Part shown: positions 13,048-24,131 of the stretch, piece by piece
Layout of the letters: every line of letters begins with the position of its first letter
How positions within the stretch are numbered: position 1 is the stretch's first letter
Assembly (NCBI RefSeq): GCF_041956535.1
Contig: NW_027192218.1
Location: forward strand, 263,728-327,727
Direction: 5' to 3'
DNA length: 64,000 bases
Origin: Calcarisporiella thermophila CBS 279.70
Taxonomy: Eukaryota > Fungi > Calcarisporiellomycota
The notes under the pieces: model-generated
The model's database searches: none
What the model saw: the letters and a program-made list of their open reading frames with translations, nothing else
What the model was told of the DNA's origin: nothing
Translations under genes and position numbers: made by a program

Positions 13048-15355
13048 ATGAAGGATTCAGCGAGTAACCACCTTACCGTGGTCACACCTGATACAACCAT
13101 GACGCCGCCCTCGCCCTCGCTGCGGCCCTCTTCCCCAGGGCCGAACATGATTCTGCGCAAGATGATGAATAAGGAACCTGTTCCTGACATTGATTTCTCT
13201 GTATTTACTCTCGATGATGGAACACAGGTGTCAACAAAGGAGCGTGTAATGAAGGGTAAATTATGCTTAGTCTTTATTTTTTTTTTCAACGATAGACAAT
13301 GTCTAAGAGTAGAACAAGGCCGATTGCTAATCACTGTCTCTGTTTACACACATAGATGTTACACCTCCTGCCACTCATCTCCCGGCCGATGAAGAATTCT
13401 TTTCAAAGGAGCGGCCCGATCTTCCCGATGTGCAATTTTTAAAGAATCATTTCTTTCATGAAGGACGTATCACCGAGGAACAGGCTCTTTATATCATAGG
13501 AAAAGGGACCGAATTGCTACGCAAAGAACCAAATTTGCTGGAAGTGAGCGCCCCAATTACAGGTAAATAAAAGTGACGGTTTGAATTGGTGCAATCTAGT
13601 GATCTAAATATGTTCTGCTCCCTTTCTTATCAGTGTGTGGCGATATTCATGGGCAATACTATGACCTGATGAAGCTATTTGAAGTCGGGGGTAATCCTGC
13701 CGAGACAACTTATTTGTTCCTGGGCGACTATGTTGATCGCGGATACTTTTCTATCGAGGTACCCCTGACCTTGTTTGGATTTCGTTTGGTGTTTGTTTAT
13801 TTACTTGGTCATTTCTTGCTAGTGTGTGCTTTACCTATGGGCCCTCAAGTGCTGGTATCCGAATTCATTCTTTTTATTGCGTGGAAATCACGAATGCCGA
13901 CATCTCACGGACTATTTTACCTTCAAAGCAGAATGTAACTTTTTCTTTGGCTACAGCCTAACATTTTTATTCTAAACATCCTTTTATTGGGAAAATAGGC
14001 AAGCACAAGTACTCAGAGCGAGTTTATGAGGCTTGCATCGAATCGTTTTGCGCACTACCGCTTGCTGCCATTTTAAATAAACAGTTTCTCTGCATTCACG
14101 GCGGGCTTTCACCCGAGCTGAATACCTTGGATGATTTACGAAGTGTATGTAGCCCTGCACATCGTTTTAGTTTGAGAATCTAGAAGAATTGATTTTTTAT
14201 TCCTTTTTGCTAGATTAACCGATTCCGCGAACCACCTACGCATGGCCTCATGTGTGACATCCTTTGGGCGGACCCGCTCGAGGAATTTGGGCAAGAGAAG
14301 ACAACGGAGTGTTTTGTTCATAACCACGTGCGGGGCTGCTCCTTCTTTTTCAGTTATCACGCTGCCTGTGCATTCCTCGAACGCAACAATCTGCTTTCAA
14401 TTATACGTGCCCACGAGGCGCAGGACGCCGGCTATCGTATGTACCGAAAGACGAGGACGACAGGGTTCCCCTCTGTCATGACAATTTTCTCGGCACCCAA
14501 TTACCTAGACGTGTATAACAACAAAGCAGCGGTGCTCAAATATGAGAACAATGTCATGAATATTCGACAATTTAACTGCACACCACACCCATATTGGCTG
14601 CCGAACTTTATGGACGTATTTACTTGGAGTTTACCTTTTGTTGGCGAGAAGAGTGAGTGATTACTATACGTTGATTCGAGTTTCTTCTAATGGTTAACCA
14701 AATATTTCTGGTGTAAATGTAATAGTCACCGATATGTTACTCTCGGTGCTCAATGTGTGCACGAAGGAAGAATTACTGGATGAGGAGGGACCAGATCTCA
14801 AGGCGGACATGACAGGTAGTTCTTACATTACTTTCTTTTCGGGACTTATCCCGGAGAAGAGGTTGCATTTGCATTACTTTTCTTCACTTTGAAATAGAAA
14901 CCGAGTTAGAGCAGGTTGAGCAGCGCCGCCGACAAATCAAAAACAAGATTTTGGCGGTCGGCCGTATGGCACGCGTATTCCAAGTGTTGCGACAGGAATC
15001 GGAGAGTGTTATGGAGCTGAAGAACAAGTCCTCTACCGGTAAACTTCCTTATGGCACACTCCTCTCGGGCGCGGAAGGCATCAAGAATGGTAAGTTAAAC
15101 AAATACGCAGGCGAAATAGAGCGCTATTACTCAAAGTTTTTTTTTTCTATTGCAGCAATCACTACATTCGAAGAGGCTCGTCGCTCCGATCTAATCAACG
15201 AACGTCTCCCTCCCACTCGCGAGGAACGCGAGAAAGACGAAGAGAAGCGAAGAGAATCACTCCGCCAGTCGCTCAGGCTGACGGTTGAAAATATAGATTC
15301 TTTGAAGGCTTTGATGGAGCCAATCAGCGAGTTGAGTTTGGAACGGGATGATTAA
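13048..15355 (+). CDS. CNA1: Calcineurin catalytic subunit A (PP2B), multi-exon
   Basis: [48 protein letters not shown], CaM-binding [15 protein letters not shown] and autoinhibitory [19 protein letters not shown]. Confidence 0.97.
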
Positions 15356-16085
15356 ATCGCACCAAGGAATAATACACATATTTAGGGCTATATCAGTGAA
15401 TTGATTGTTTTCTCTGGTTTTTTATTCCTTTCGTGTTTTTGCTAAACAATTTCTTTTTCCTACACGTATTTCCGTTTCTTTTTATAATGTTTAGATTACA
15501 TTTCATTATATATTATTATATTATATTTACCGTTTTTTATGTAATTGAAAATCGGGGCATCTACAGAACTACTGAAAATGTTTATTGGTAACTTGGTTAA
15601 GTAAATATGACACTGAAAATATTTCCTTTCTCTTCGACCTGCTTTTTCTCTTTCCTTTTTTTTTTTTTTTTTTTTTGTCTGGGGTGTCTCCGTCGAGCTT
15701 GCGAGCGATGTTGCATTATTTTTTTTATCAGAGCCTCTCAATAAATGTTTCAGAGTTCTTGATGGATCTAAGGCTTCGACAGCCATCTAGGGCTACGAGA
15801 CAAGCAATCTGTCCCGACAATCAGTAGAATCAGAAACTATCAGTCAACTCAGAGACTGCAGAAATTTCTAATCCGCGACCATAAAGTTTTCCGACCTTAT
15901 TCTGATCAGTTAGACTGTCACCGTTATTAGAGGGGATTAGAAGAAAAATTGGATTTAAATGCCAAAATATATATCTATCAATATAAATTAGAGGAAGAAA
16001 AAAAAACTATACAGAGGTGCACCTTTTACAGGCCAGAACAAATCAAACTATTTCCCAAGCAACGCGTGTTATTTTCTATATTCAG

Positions 16086-17678
16086 TTATGCAGCACCAAA
16101 GTCGAGTCGCCGCGCAATCTTGCGTGACTCCTCATCCTCCTCTTCTTCTCCTCCCTCTACATTTTCAAGGTTGAAAGAATCTTTAGGTAAGAGATACTAA
16201 ATTGTTGCGAACTTTATTGCAGGGCATTGCTTACCAAGTGCCAGGGGATCATCGGCCTTCCGCTTCAACGAATTGGCCACTTTGGTAATCTCGGGCTTGT
16301 GTTTCGGGAGCTTTGAGGGCGGCGTGGGACGAGGTTTGTTTTTGAAATAAGGGTGATGAAGTGACTATCAGCGCAATTCAAAGCTTTAGTACACACATAG
16401 TAATTTAAGACTTGACAATCACAATGGAGACTTACATCCCGTGCACTAATCCGCTTGTTAGGATCGAATTGTAACATTTTTTCCAGCAGATCCAGGGCAT
16501 CATTCCCCGCAGCGGAGAAGTATGTGCGCAATGGGACTTTGGGGAAAGTCTTGAAGGAAACATAGTCTGGAAGGTTGGTCATACCCTGTATCCGAGAGGC
16601 CGTAAATGCAAACACACATGCATATTAGCCAATGTATCGAAACAATTGCAAGAAAATTATCGGGGTTAGTTTACCGGCCAGTCCTGTTCTGTGGGTGTGC
16701 CTAGAGCGTGGAAAATCTTGGTGAGCTGGTCCATGTCTGAGTCTCCAGCAACGTAGGGCGTACGCAACATAAGCTCTGCAAAGATACAGCCAACAGCCCA
16801 AATATCAACTCCATAGCAGTATTCCTTTGCACCAAAGAGCAGTTCCGGGGAGCGATACCATCTGAGTCGCGAATATTAGAGCATTAACAAGACAGCCAAG
16901 GCGGATAAAGATGAAAAGAGGGGCGCTCACCTTGTAACGACCTGAGATGTCATATTCCGGTTTGGAAGCGCAAAGTCTCGCGCCAAGCCAAAGTCAGCAA
17001 TCTTGAGCTCCCCACTGTGACTCAACAGCAAGTTGTTTGGCTTCATATCCTATACGAGGCACATCGTCATTCACTTAGTAAATCCAAGCATTGCCAACGA
17101 GTTGCAAAATGGTAAACAATTACTCTGTGTAATATCCAATTGCGGTGGCAGTGCTCCAGACCTCGTAGTGTCATGAGCATCCAGCTTTTGATATCGGCAG
17201 GCATAAACACTATACTCTTGTCTTTGATAATCATTTCTAGATCGGAATCTAGAAATTCAAGCACAAGATGGAGATTTGTCTTCATAGTATATACATCGAT
17301 AAGCTAATATATGGTGTGAATAGGATGAGATATTGCATTCCTCCTTATGTTCCATCACGGGCGATAAAATACCTCAACAATATTTGGGTGTCGTAATTCT
17401 TGAAGAAACATAACCTCGCGTATTGCGGACATATCCAACCCCTCTTTGAGACGACCGACTTTGATTTTTTTAATGGCGACCTTTCTCCCTGAATCTTTCT
17501 GAGTACCTGTAAAAGCACGTATGTGTTATAATTTAGGGGAAGCAAGACGAATTGCACAACTGGCTCGCTAATTTATACCTTGGTAGACTACGGCATATGT
17601 ACCCTCTCCCACTTTTTTATCCTTTTGATATTTTGCTGCGATTGCTGCGTTGGCATCTTGGGGGTCCACGATCTTCAT
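16086..17678 (-). CDS. KIN28: TFIIH kinase KIN28/CDK7, multi-exon
   Basis: [34 protein letters not shown] and [19 protein letters not shown]; C-terminal ARRLDFG. Confidence 0.93.
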
Positions 17679-17869
17679 TTTTTTTCAGCCGAAGTGCATG
17701 AATTTCTAGCAAAGGATCATTTAGAGAACGGAGACTACAAGTTTTGCAAAACTTTAGGGTCGATTCATTTTAGCGTGACTTAGAATTCGCGTAATCGTAC
17801 AATTTTTCTGATTAGAAATTAATTCAACCTCGACTTTCACACCCGAATTATAGTATTAATTCATTCAAG

Positions 17870-19302
17870 ATGTCTGGTAATATTACTCTTTGTGTTTACC
17901 CATCTGGACGGTTTCTGATGGCTTTCACACAATGATAGCGCTAACATATGCTGTTGAACGCGCCGTTGCGATCCAGGCTGTCCTCAAAGCAACGCAGGTT
18001 TGCCAAACAGTTTTTCAAAAACTCGTTACGGAGGAGACACTTACCAAAAAAGATAAATCACCAGTTACTGGTACAGTGTATATCCGTGTTAATTTATATG
18101 TGCATTTATTCTCATCTTTTAACTTGTGGTACTGGCTGACTTTTATTAGTCGCTGACTTTGGTGCACAGGCCGTGGTGAATTCTATACTTCAGCAGCACT
18201 TCCCAGGCGATCCAGTGGTAGGCGAGGAGGACTCGAAGGATTTGCGTGGAGAGGCAGGGAGAGCAATGAGAGAGAAAGTTCTCGACCTTGCAAACTCTGT
18301 CCTGGACGCACCATTATCTGAAGAAAAGGTGGGTTTTCTTAAGTGCTTCATGTCTTCCAAAAAGGTATCCTAAGATGTGTCTTTTCTTTAGTTGCTAGCT
18401 GCCATTGATATTGGCAATTCTCAAGGAGGACAAGCTGGACGTGAGTCGTTATTGTGCCTTTTTGCCCACACATCGACTGACCCGTCATTTTGTTTAGGTA
18501 TGTGGTGCCTTGATCCGATCGATGGCACAAAGGGATTCCTCCGAGGCGATCAATACGCTGTGTGCCTCGCTCTCATCGTCGATGGGCGCGTGCGCTTGGG
18601 AGTGATGGGCTGTCCGAATTTGCCTGTTGACCTGAAGAACCCCGTGGGCGAACGCGGGAGCCTCTTCATTGCCGTGGAGGGGCAGGGTGCATTTCAGGTT
18701 TGGTCCCCTTCCTGTCTCTCCCCTCTACTCTACATTCCCTTTTCTTTTAAAGCATGCTCTAACCAATAATTTGTATGGCAGCGTCCATTCTCTTCGGACA
18801 AGGAAACACGTATCCATATGGCAGATGTGTCGAGTATTTCACAGGCCGCTTTCTGCGAATCCTTCGAGTCTGGCCACTCATCCCAGTCAGACTCTGCACG
18901 CATAGCAGAGCTGCTTGGAATTTCTAAGCCGCCCATTCGAATGGACAGCCAGGCCAAGTATTGTGCTATTAGTCGGGGAGACGCCGATATTTACCTCAGA
19001 TTACCAGTGCCAGGGCTTGGATATGTCGAAAAAATATGGGTAAGGTTTGGTGTTTTGTTTGAGCTAATATACACTAACATTTGATTTCTTAAAAGGACCA
19101 TGCCTCGGGGGATCTGTTAGTTAAGGAGGCTGGAGGAATAGTGACTGATATCCATGGCAAAGAACTTGATTTTTCTGTTGGAAGACTATTAAGCAAAAAC
19201 AAAGGGGTTATCGCGGCCGCTGCGAAAATCCATCCACAAGTTTTGCAAGCGGTACAGACTGTTTTGCTAGGCAGCAGTGGAAAGGGTGGGAATAATTTGT
19301 AA
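17870..19302 (+). CDS. MET22: 3'(2'),5'-bisphosphate nucleotidase (HAL2/MET22), multi-exon
   Basis: KDKSPVT/VADFGAQ, VGEEDS, WCLDPIDGTKGFLRG, RMDSQAKY and spliced EKIWDHA. First coding exon is 7 nt (ATGTCTG). Confidence 0.94.
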
Positions 19303-19881
19303 GACGACATTGTTGTAAAAAATATGGCTGGAGTATGATTTCCTTTGCCAGCCCGGATATCATAATGGTTTGAGTGGGGTGTTTATCACTCCGTCTTCAA
19401 ATTATTCTGTATTACTATCAGAGAAATATACACTAGCCTACTTTTTTGTTACCATACATGTTTTTTATAACGTTAAACCCCTACCCCGCGGAAAAAAGTT
19501 GTATGTGAAATTCATGATAATAGGTTGCTCTACTATATGTAGTGTGGTTCCCAACTTATTGACTCAAAATGATCCGCCAAAGTACTATACCTCTCATAGA
19601 GTGTAGCGGCTCATACTTAAGGAGACATTACTGCAAATCTATTTCTCAGTCAAAATAATGAGTTTCTCGCAACTTTACATATAGTGTGTCCCGTATTATA
19701 TTTCTATTCGGAAGGAAAATGCAATCTCCTTCCTCGCTGTATGTTAAACTAGATCGTGGATTAGGTTTGATTGCGATGGCTGCTAAGATTCTAAATTAAA
19801 TAGCTCTCAAAATTGATGGTCCAATGTCGCCATTAAAACGATCACTGTCGCTTTATTAGAGTCAAAGGAATATTTCAAAGG

Positions 19882-20190
19882 TTAACAGCGGACATCAGGG
19901 TGACAATGGTAGAATTTTAGGCTGGGCCAAGTCGCAATGTTGCCCCAACCTTCCCGATCGACACATCGAGAAAACCCGTTCCAGTCTGTAACGGTGCAGC
20001 TCCATGAGCCCAGGGCCTTCACCGAAAACTGTTTTCCATACGACTCCTCAGGGAACACGCCATTGTAGAGGCTATTGCCCGGAATTCCATTCCATTGTGT
20101 GCCTTTGAAGTTTTTCTTCGACCACACTGCAATGTCGGCAGCTGTACATAGCGTGGCAAGAAGAGGAAGGAGTAGGATTGCGATAAACAT
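19882..20190 (-). CDS. Small secreted protein, 102 aa, beta/gamma-crystallin-like first motif
   Basis: Clear signal peptide; mature N-terminus DIAVWSKKNFKG; four mature Cys; intronless; TATAAAAA at 20317-20324 on the minus strand. Confidence 0.75.
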   Translation of the reverse strand: MFIAILLLPLLATLCTAADIAVWSKKNFKGTQWNGIPGNSLYNGVFPEESYGKQFSVKALGSWSCTVTDWNGFSRCVDREGWGNIATWPSLKFYHCHPDVRC

Positions 20191-21812
20191 GCTTAATCAA
20201 AGAGTAGACAATCTAAATAGCGTGGATTCACCAAGAAAGCTTGCGCAAAAAGTAGAGGTTTTCTCAAAATAGCTTGGAAGTCTGCAGTAGCGAGCCTGGG
20301 ATCCTGTAAGTTATGCTTTTTATATCAGCCCTCAACTCAGGTGAGCATGTATATGGTCTATATAGGCTCGTTATAGAAACTGAGTGAGTCATGGTATGCG
20401 AAAGTATTTGCGACTGAAAAGATTTTATAATTGTGTAATTTTATAGTTGTATAATGGTTGCAGAGTTAACTGAATATACTAGATGAAGGCGATGTTCTGC
20501 GGACCTAGTTTAAAATTGAAACCTTATTCCCCTTTCTAAAATGCTGCATGGCATTGGCCGTAGCATTGCTAAGTAAGCGCAAAGTAGAATATGGACTGAT
20601 GGATAATACATTTCTCCACAGGACAGGTCGAGATTGGATTAGGTTGGATTCTCATGATAGCGTTGGGTGTTAAGGTTTCGATTGCAATGATCACAATAGC
20701 GTTTTGGGTCAAAATTAAGTTATTGCCAGAGCAAATTTGGAGTTTTGTGAGAGGAGTACCACTGAGAATGATTAGGTGAGCTGGCAATGTCGCGATAGAA
20801 TAGAACAATAGAGTCCAGAAGCTAAATATTTTGATGGAAAGAAAATCGTTAATCAATTAGAATTAATTAGAGTCGACGCACGCTCCAATAATTTTTGTGG
20901 CTCATACAAAGATAGAAGTATCAAGAGAATACCTAGAAAAATAGATGCACGAGAGTAATCATCAACGGGAAGCTTCACCAGGCGCTATATTCCTACGATG
21001 AAGGCAATTCACAATATTCAACGGCTGTGATGTTAAACTTTGGTCTGTATCAACCTCGCTACAATAATTGTCAATAAATAAAGGGCATCGAAGGATGCAG
21101 TGGCATAAAGAAACGTTCGCGCTCCTCTCTAACCTTTACTCTCACTTGTACAAAAGGAGAAAATGCAGAGAAGCACGAGCGTTTTATTGTGTATCCTTAG
21201 TGAATATTTTTGCACGAAGATTACTAGAAGGAGGAGAGATATCATTCAAGAATGCTGAAATCAAGTTTGAGGGAGGTTCCCTTCAAATTTTCTACTGCTA
21301 TTGAAACTTAATTACAGAAATAGTTGTAATAGATTTCAGGATAAAACCGATAAAATGGAAAATACACATCATAGGTTTTGCGCTATACCATTTACCCCAT
21401 GTATACTATGCATTAGTCATGAATATACGTTGAACTCTGTTAAAGATCTCTTGCAACCATGCTTTTTTTATTAGTAGTAAACTGTAAAGTATCTCAGTTC
21501 TTCTAGCAGTGCCAAGAGAATGAGTACCAAATGTATATGACCATTGGAAGAGGTATGGTATTAAAATTGAAGCTTTAAACTAAATTGTGACCAATGTCTC
21601 AAATTTGTTGAATGTGAACTCAACTCTGAAAATTTGAATAAAGATGTAGAAAATCAAAATTTTCCCTGTCAGCATATAGAGGCATGGTTCTTTAGGCATC
21701 CGAAAATTATCCTTCAATCGATATTACTCTCTCCTTCCCCACAAAAGCACCCTGCGAAAAATCACAATCTCTTCAAGAACCTTTTGAATTCGGCACCAGA
21801 AAACCAATGTAA

Positions 21813-22142
21813 ATGAAATCTCGCTTTGGATTCCCTATTTTGCTTCTGCTGCTTATCGCGTTGGCGGGAGCAGATGTCGTGGTTGACCTTTAGAAAAATC
21901 GCTATGGGTATGATTATCTAAAGCGACTTACTATCGGGACAAACACTTGTTTGGGGATCAGCGGCTGGCATCGCGATCATTTGTGCGGCATTAGTATACC
22001 ACCGCCCGGAAATTACTGCTGCAATTACTTGTTTGGGGGTGCCTGTTTCGGCGACAACCGTATTTTACGTATTTCCAATGGCAAGGCTAATGTCTATAGT
22101 TGGGTAGCGATTTATGGAATCACCTGCAACGAACACCGTTAG
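21813..22142 (+). pseudogene. Small secreted Cys-rich protein interrupted by a single in-frame TAG (codon 27)
   Basis: ATG 21813 reads MKSRFGFPILLLLLIALAGADVVVDL*KNRYGYDYLKRLTIGTNTCLGISGWHRDHLC... in frame with ORF 21951-22142. TAG at 21891-21893; six Cys. Confidence 0.7.
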
Positions 22143-22715
22143 TCAAGTATTGAGGATTATGAACCCACTCGGCATATTTGTCAAAACAGAAAATAATAAT
22201 TATACACCATGTCCAACGGTGTTTGAATACGTTGACCATTTTAATAATAAACACCGGCTGTTGAGAATACTTATCGGATTTTTTTTTATTATGAGCAATG
22301 AATTAAAGATATGTCCTTAGAGATACTTTTATTCAAGATCACAAAGATAGTGCTGATTGACCATGAAAACACAATAGATCTAGGTATGCGAAGTGTTACA
22401 TGATATCATGCGTGCTTGCTTAATGCGTGATAAAAGGGATTTTTTTTATCAATGAGCTGTGCTTAAGGGATGATGTACTACATTCTTCAGTTCAACTATG
22501 GATTCATTATGTAATAGGGTATTTGCCTTAAAGCACCCTTTTCTTGCGTAGGTCATGTAAAGTACGTTTCACAGTTTCATTGGATCAGAGTTAAAGGAGT
22601 CTCTATTGCAAACGCACTATTTCACAACAAGGAAGAAAGAATCGGAGAATAATTAGGGGTTTGTTAAATACAGAGGAGAACTAATGGTATAAATAGAGGG
22701 AAGGCATAACATTGC

Positions 22716-24131
22716 TTAGGCAGCGGTGGCGTTGCGTTTGCCCGTGACCGAGGAGGTGTCCTCTCCGAAGAGGGCGATGACGTGGGCAACAGCCTTGGTG
22801 TTCTGCTCCAACAGAGTCTTGTTGACGTTGTTGATGTCGTCGCAAGCCAAGTGGTAGCAGGCGTCGTAGGCTTTGCCGGCCACGCCACCGTAGATGGCCT
22901 GTTGCTCTTGAGTCTTAATTCCTTCACCACCGGTGATCAGACCGCCAGTGGGGATGTCGATGAACGAGTAGGTGTCGGTGTTGGCATAGGGGCCGGGAAT
23001 GCTTTCCGCCGGGATATTTTTGGAGCGGAAAAAGTCCTCGAACACCTTGGTGATGACCTCGGAGCCTGGGGCGAGGGTGGCGTTACCGACATCCTTATTG
23101 TAGATCGAGTTGCGGCCATTGGGAGAGCCGATCATGTCAAAGTTGAGGTACAAGGCAAGCTTTTTCTTCTCCTCGGGCGCCAAGTTCTTGACGTAGTACT
23201 GCGATCCCAAGAGGCCGTACTCTTCGGCCGTCCACCATGCCACGCGAATCTTGTTCTTGGGCTTGTAGTCAGCACCGAGCTGCTTGACGACCTCGAGCAA
23301 AGCCACAGTGCCGGAGGCGTCGTCATTGATGCCGGCGCCGAAGGTCACTGAGTCCGAGTGGGCTCCGAGCAACACGACGTTGTCCTCGTTGCCCTCCTTT
23401 GTCTCGGCGAACACGTTGTGTGAGACATAGTCGGTCACCTCATTGGCAATCTCCAGGCTCACGGGGGTTGTGACATTGGCGAGTGCAAGTCCAGCGTTGA
23501 GCGGCAGGGTGCCGACCGGGATGGTGACGTTGGCGCCCCAGTCGGACAGACGGGTCGAATAGTACTTGTCGGCCGAGTTGATAATGATGGCGCCCACGGC
23601 ACCTTGGGACTGAGCTTTCAAGACCTTGACGGTCAGGTTGCAGCCGCCGCGCGGGAACAGGGCAATCTTCCCGGTCACGTTGACCTCCTTGTAGTTGGGG
23701 TCGTCACAACCGGCGTAGACAGGGTGGGTATTGTTGCGGAGCAAGGCAACTGGAGCCTCGACCTTTCCGGAGGGAGTGTAAGCCACGCCGAGGAAGCTGG
23801 TCACATTGACGGAGGCGGGGGCGGTGAGTTTCTGCTCGGAGATGTGCGAGACCTTGGAGGGGAATTCCTGCAGCGACACCTTCCAGCCAGCGGCCTCGGA
23901 CTCAGCGGCGAGATACTCCACCGTCCTCTCGTGGCCCTTGGAGAAGAAGACACGCGTGGGGTTGCCCTCGCTCTCCTTGGCGAAGTCGTTGAGCTTGACC
24001 AGGTGGGCAAAAATGTTGTCTGCGTTGATCTTGTTGACGATCCAGTCGGTGTCGGTTGGCTTGGCGACGTCGACGGGGGCGGCCATGACGACAGCGGCAG
24101 CAGCCAGCAGGGATGCGGTAAGAAGCTTCAT
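22716..24131 (-). CDS. Secreted M28 aminopeptidase with PA domain (aminopeptidase Y/LAP2-like), intronless
   Basis: Signal peptide MKLLTASLL; PA domain GKIALFPRGGC; Zn-ligand motifs GAHSDSV, GINDDASG, AEEYGLLGS, NFDMIGS and YHLACD. TATAAAA at 24254-24260 lies inside the longer ORF, supporting the start at 24131. Confidence 0.93.
   Translation of the reverse strand: MKLLTASLLAAAAVVMAAPVDVAKPTDTDWIVNKINADNIFAHLVKLNDFAKESEGNPTRVFFSKGHERTVEYLAAESEAAGWKVSLQEFPSKVSHISEQKLTAPASVNVTSFLGVAYTPSGKVEAPVALLRNNTHPVYAGCDDPNYKEVNVTGKIALFPRGGCNLTVKVLKAQSQGAVGAIIINSADKYYSTRLSDWGANVTIPVGTLPLNAGLALANVTTPVSLEIANEVTDYVSHNVFAETKEGNEDNVVLLGAHSDSVTFGAGINDDASGTVALLEVVKQLGADYKPKNKIRVAWWTAEEYGLLGSQYYVKNLAPEEKKKLALYLNFDMIGSPNGRNSIYNKDVGNATLAPGSEVITKVFEDFFRSKNIPAESIPGPYANTDTYSFIDIPTGGLITGGEGIKTQEQQAIYGGVAGKAYDACYHLACDDINNVNKTLLEQNTKAVAHVIALFGEDTSSVTGKRNATAA

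Noticed and set aside
18365-18391. GTATCCT resembling a U12 donor in MET22
   Set aside because: It lies inside a normal GT-AG intron starting at 18329 and overlaps its likely branch point.
20569-20856. 95-aa hydrophobic ORF between the small secreted genes
   Set aside because: TTG start and no motif; possibly a decayed gene, but not supportable.
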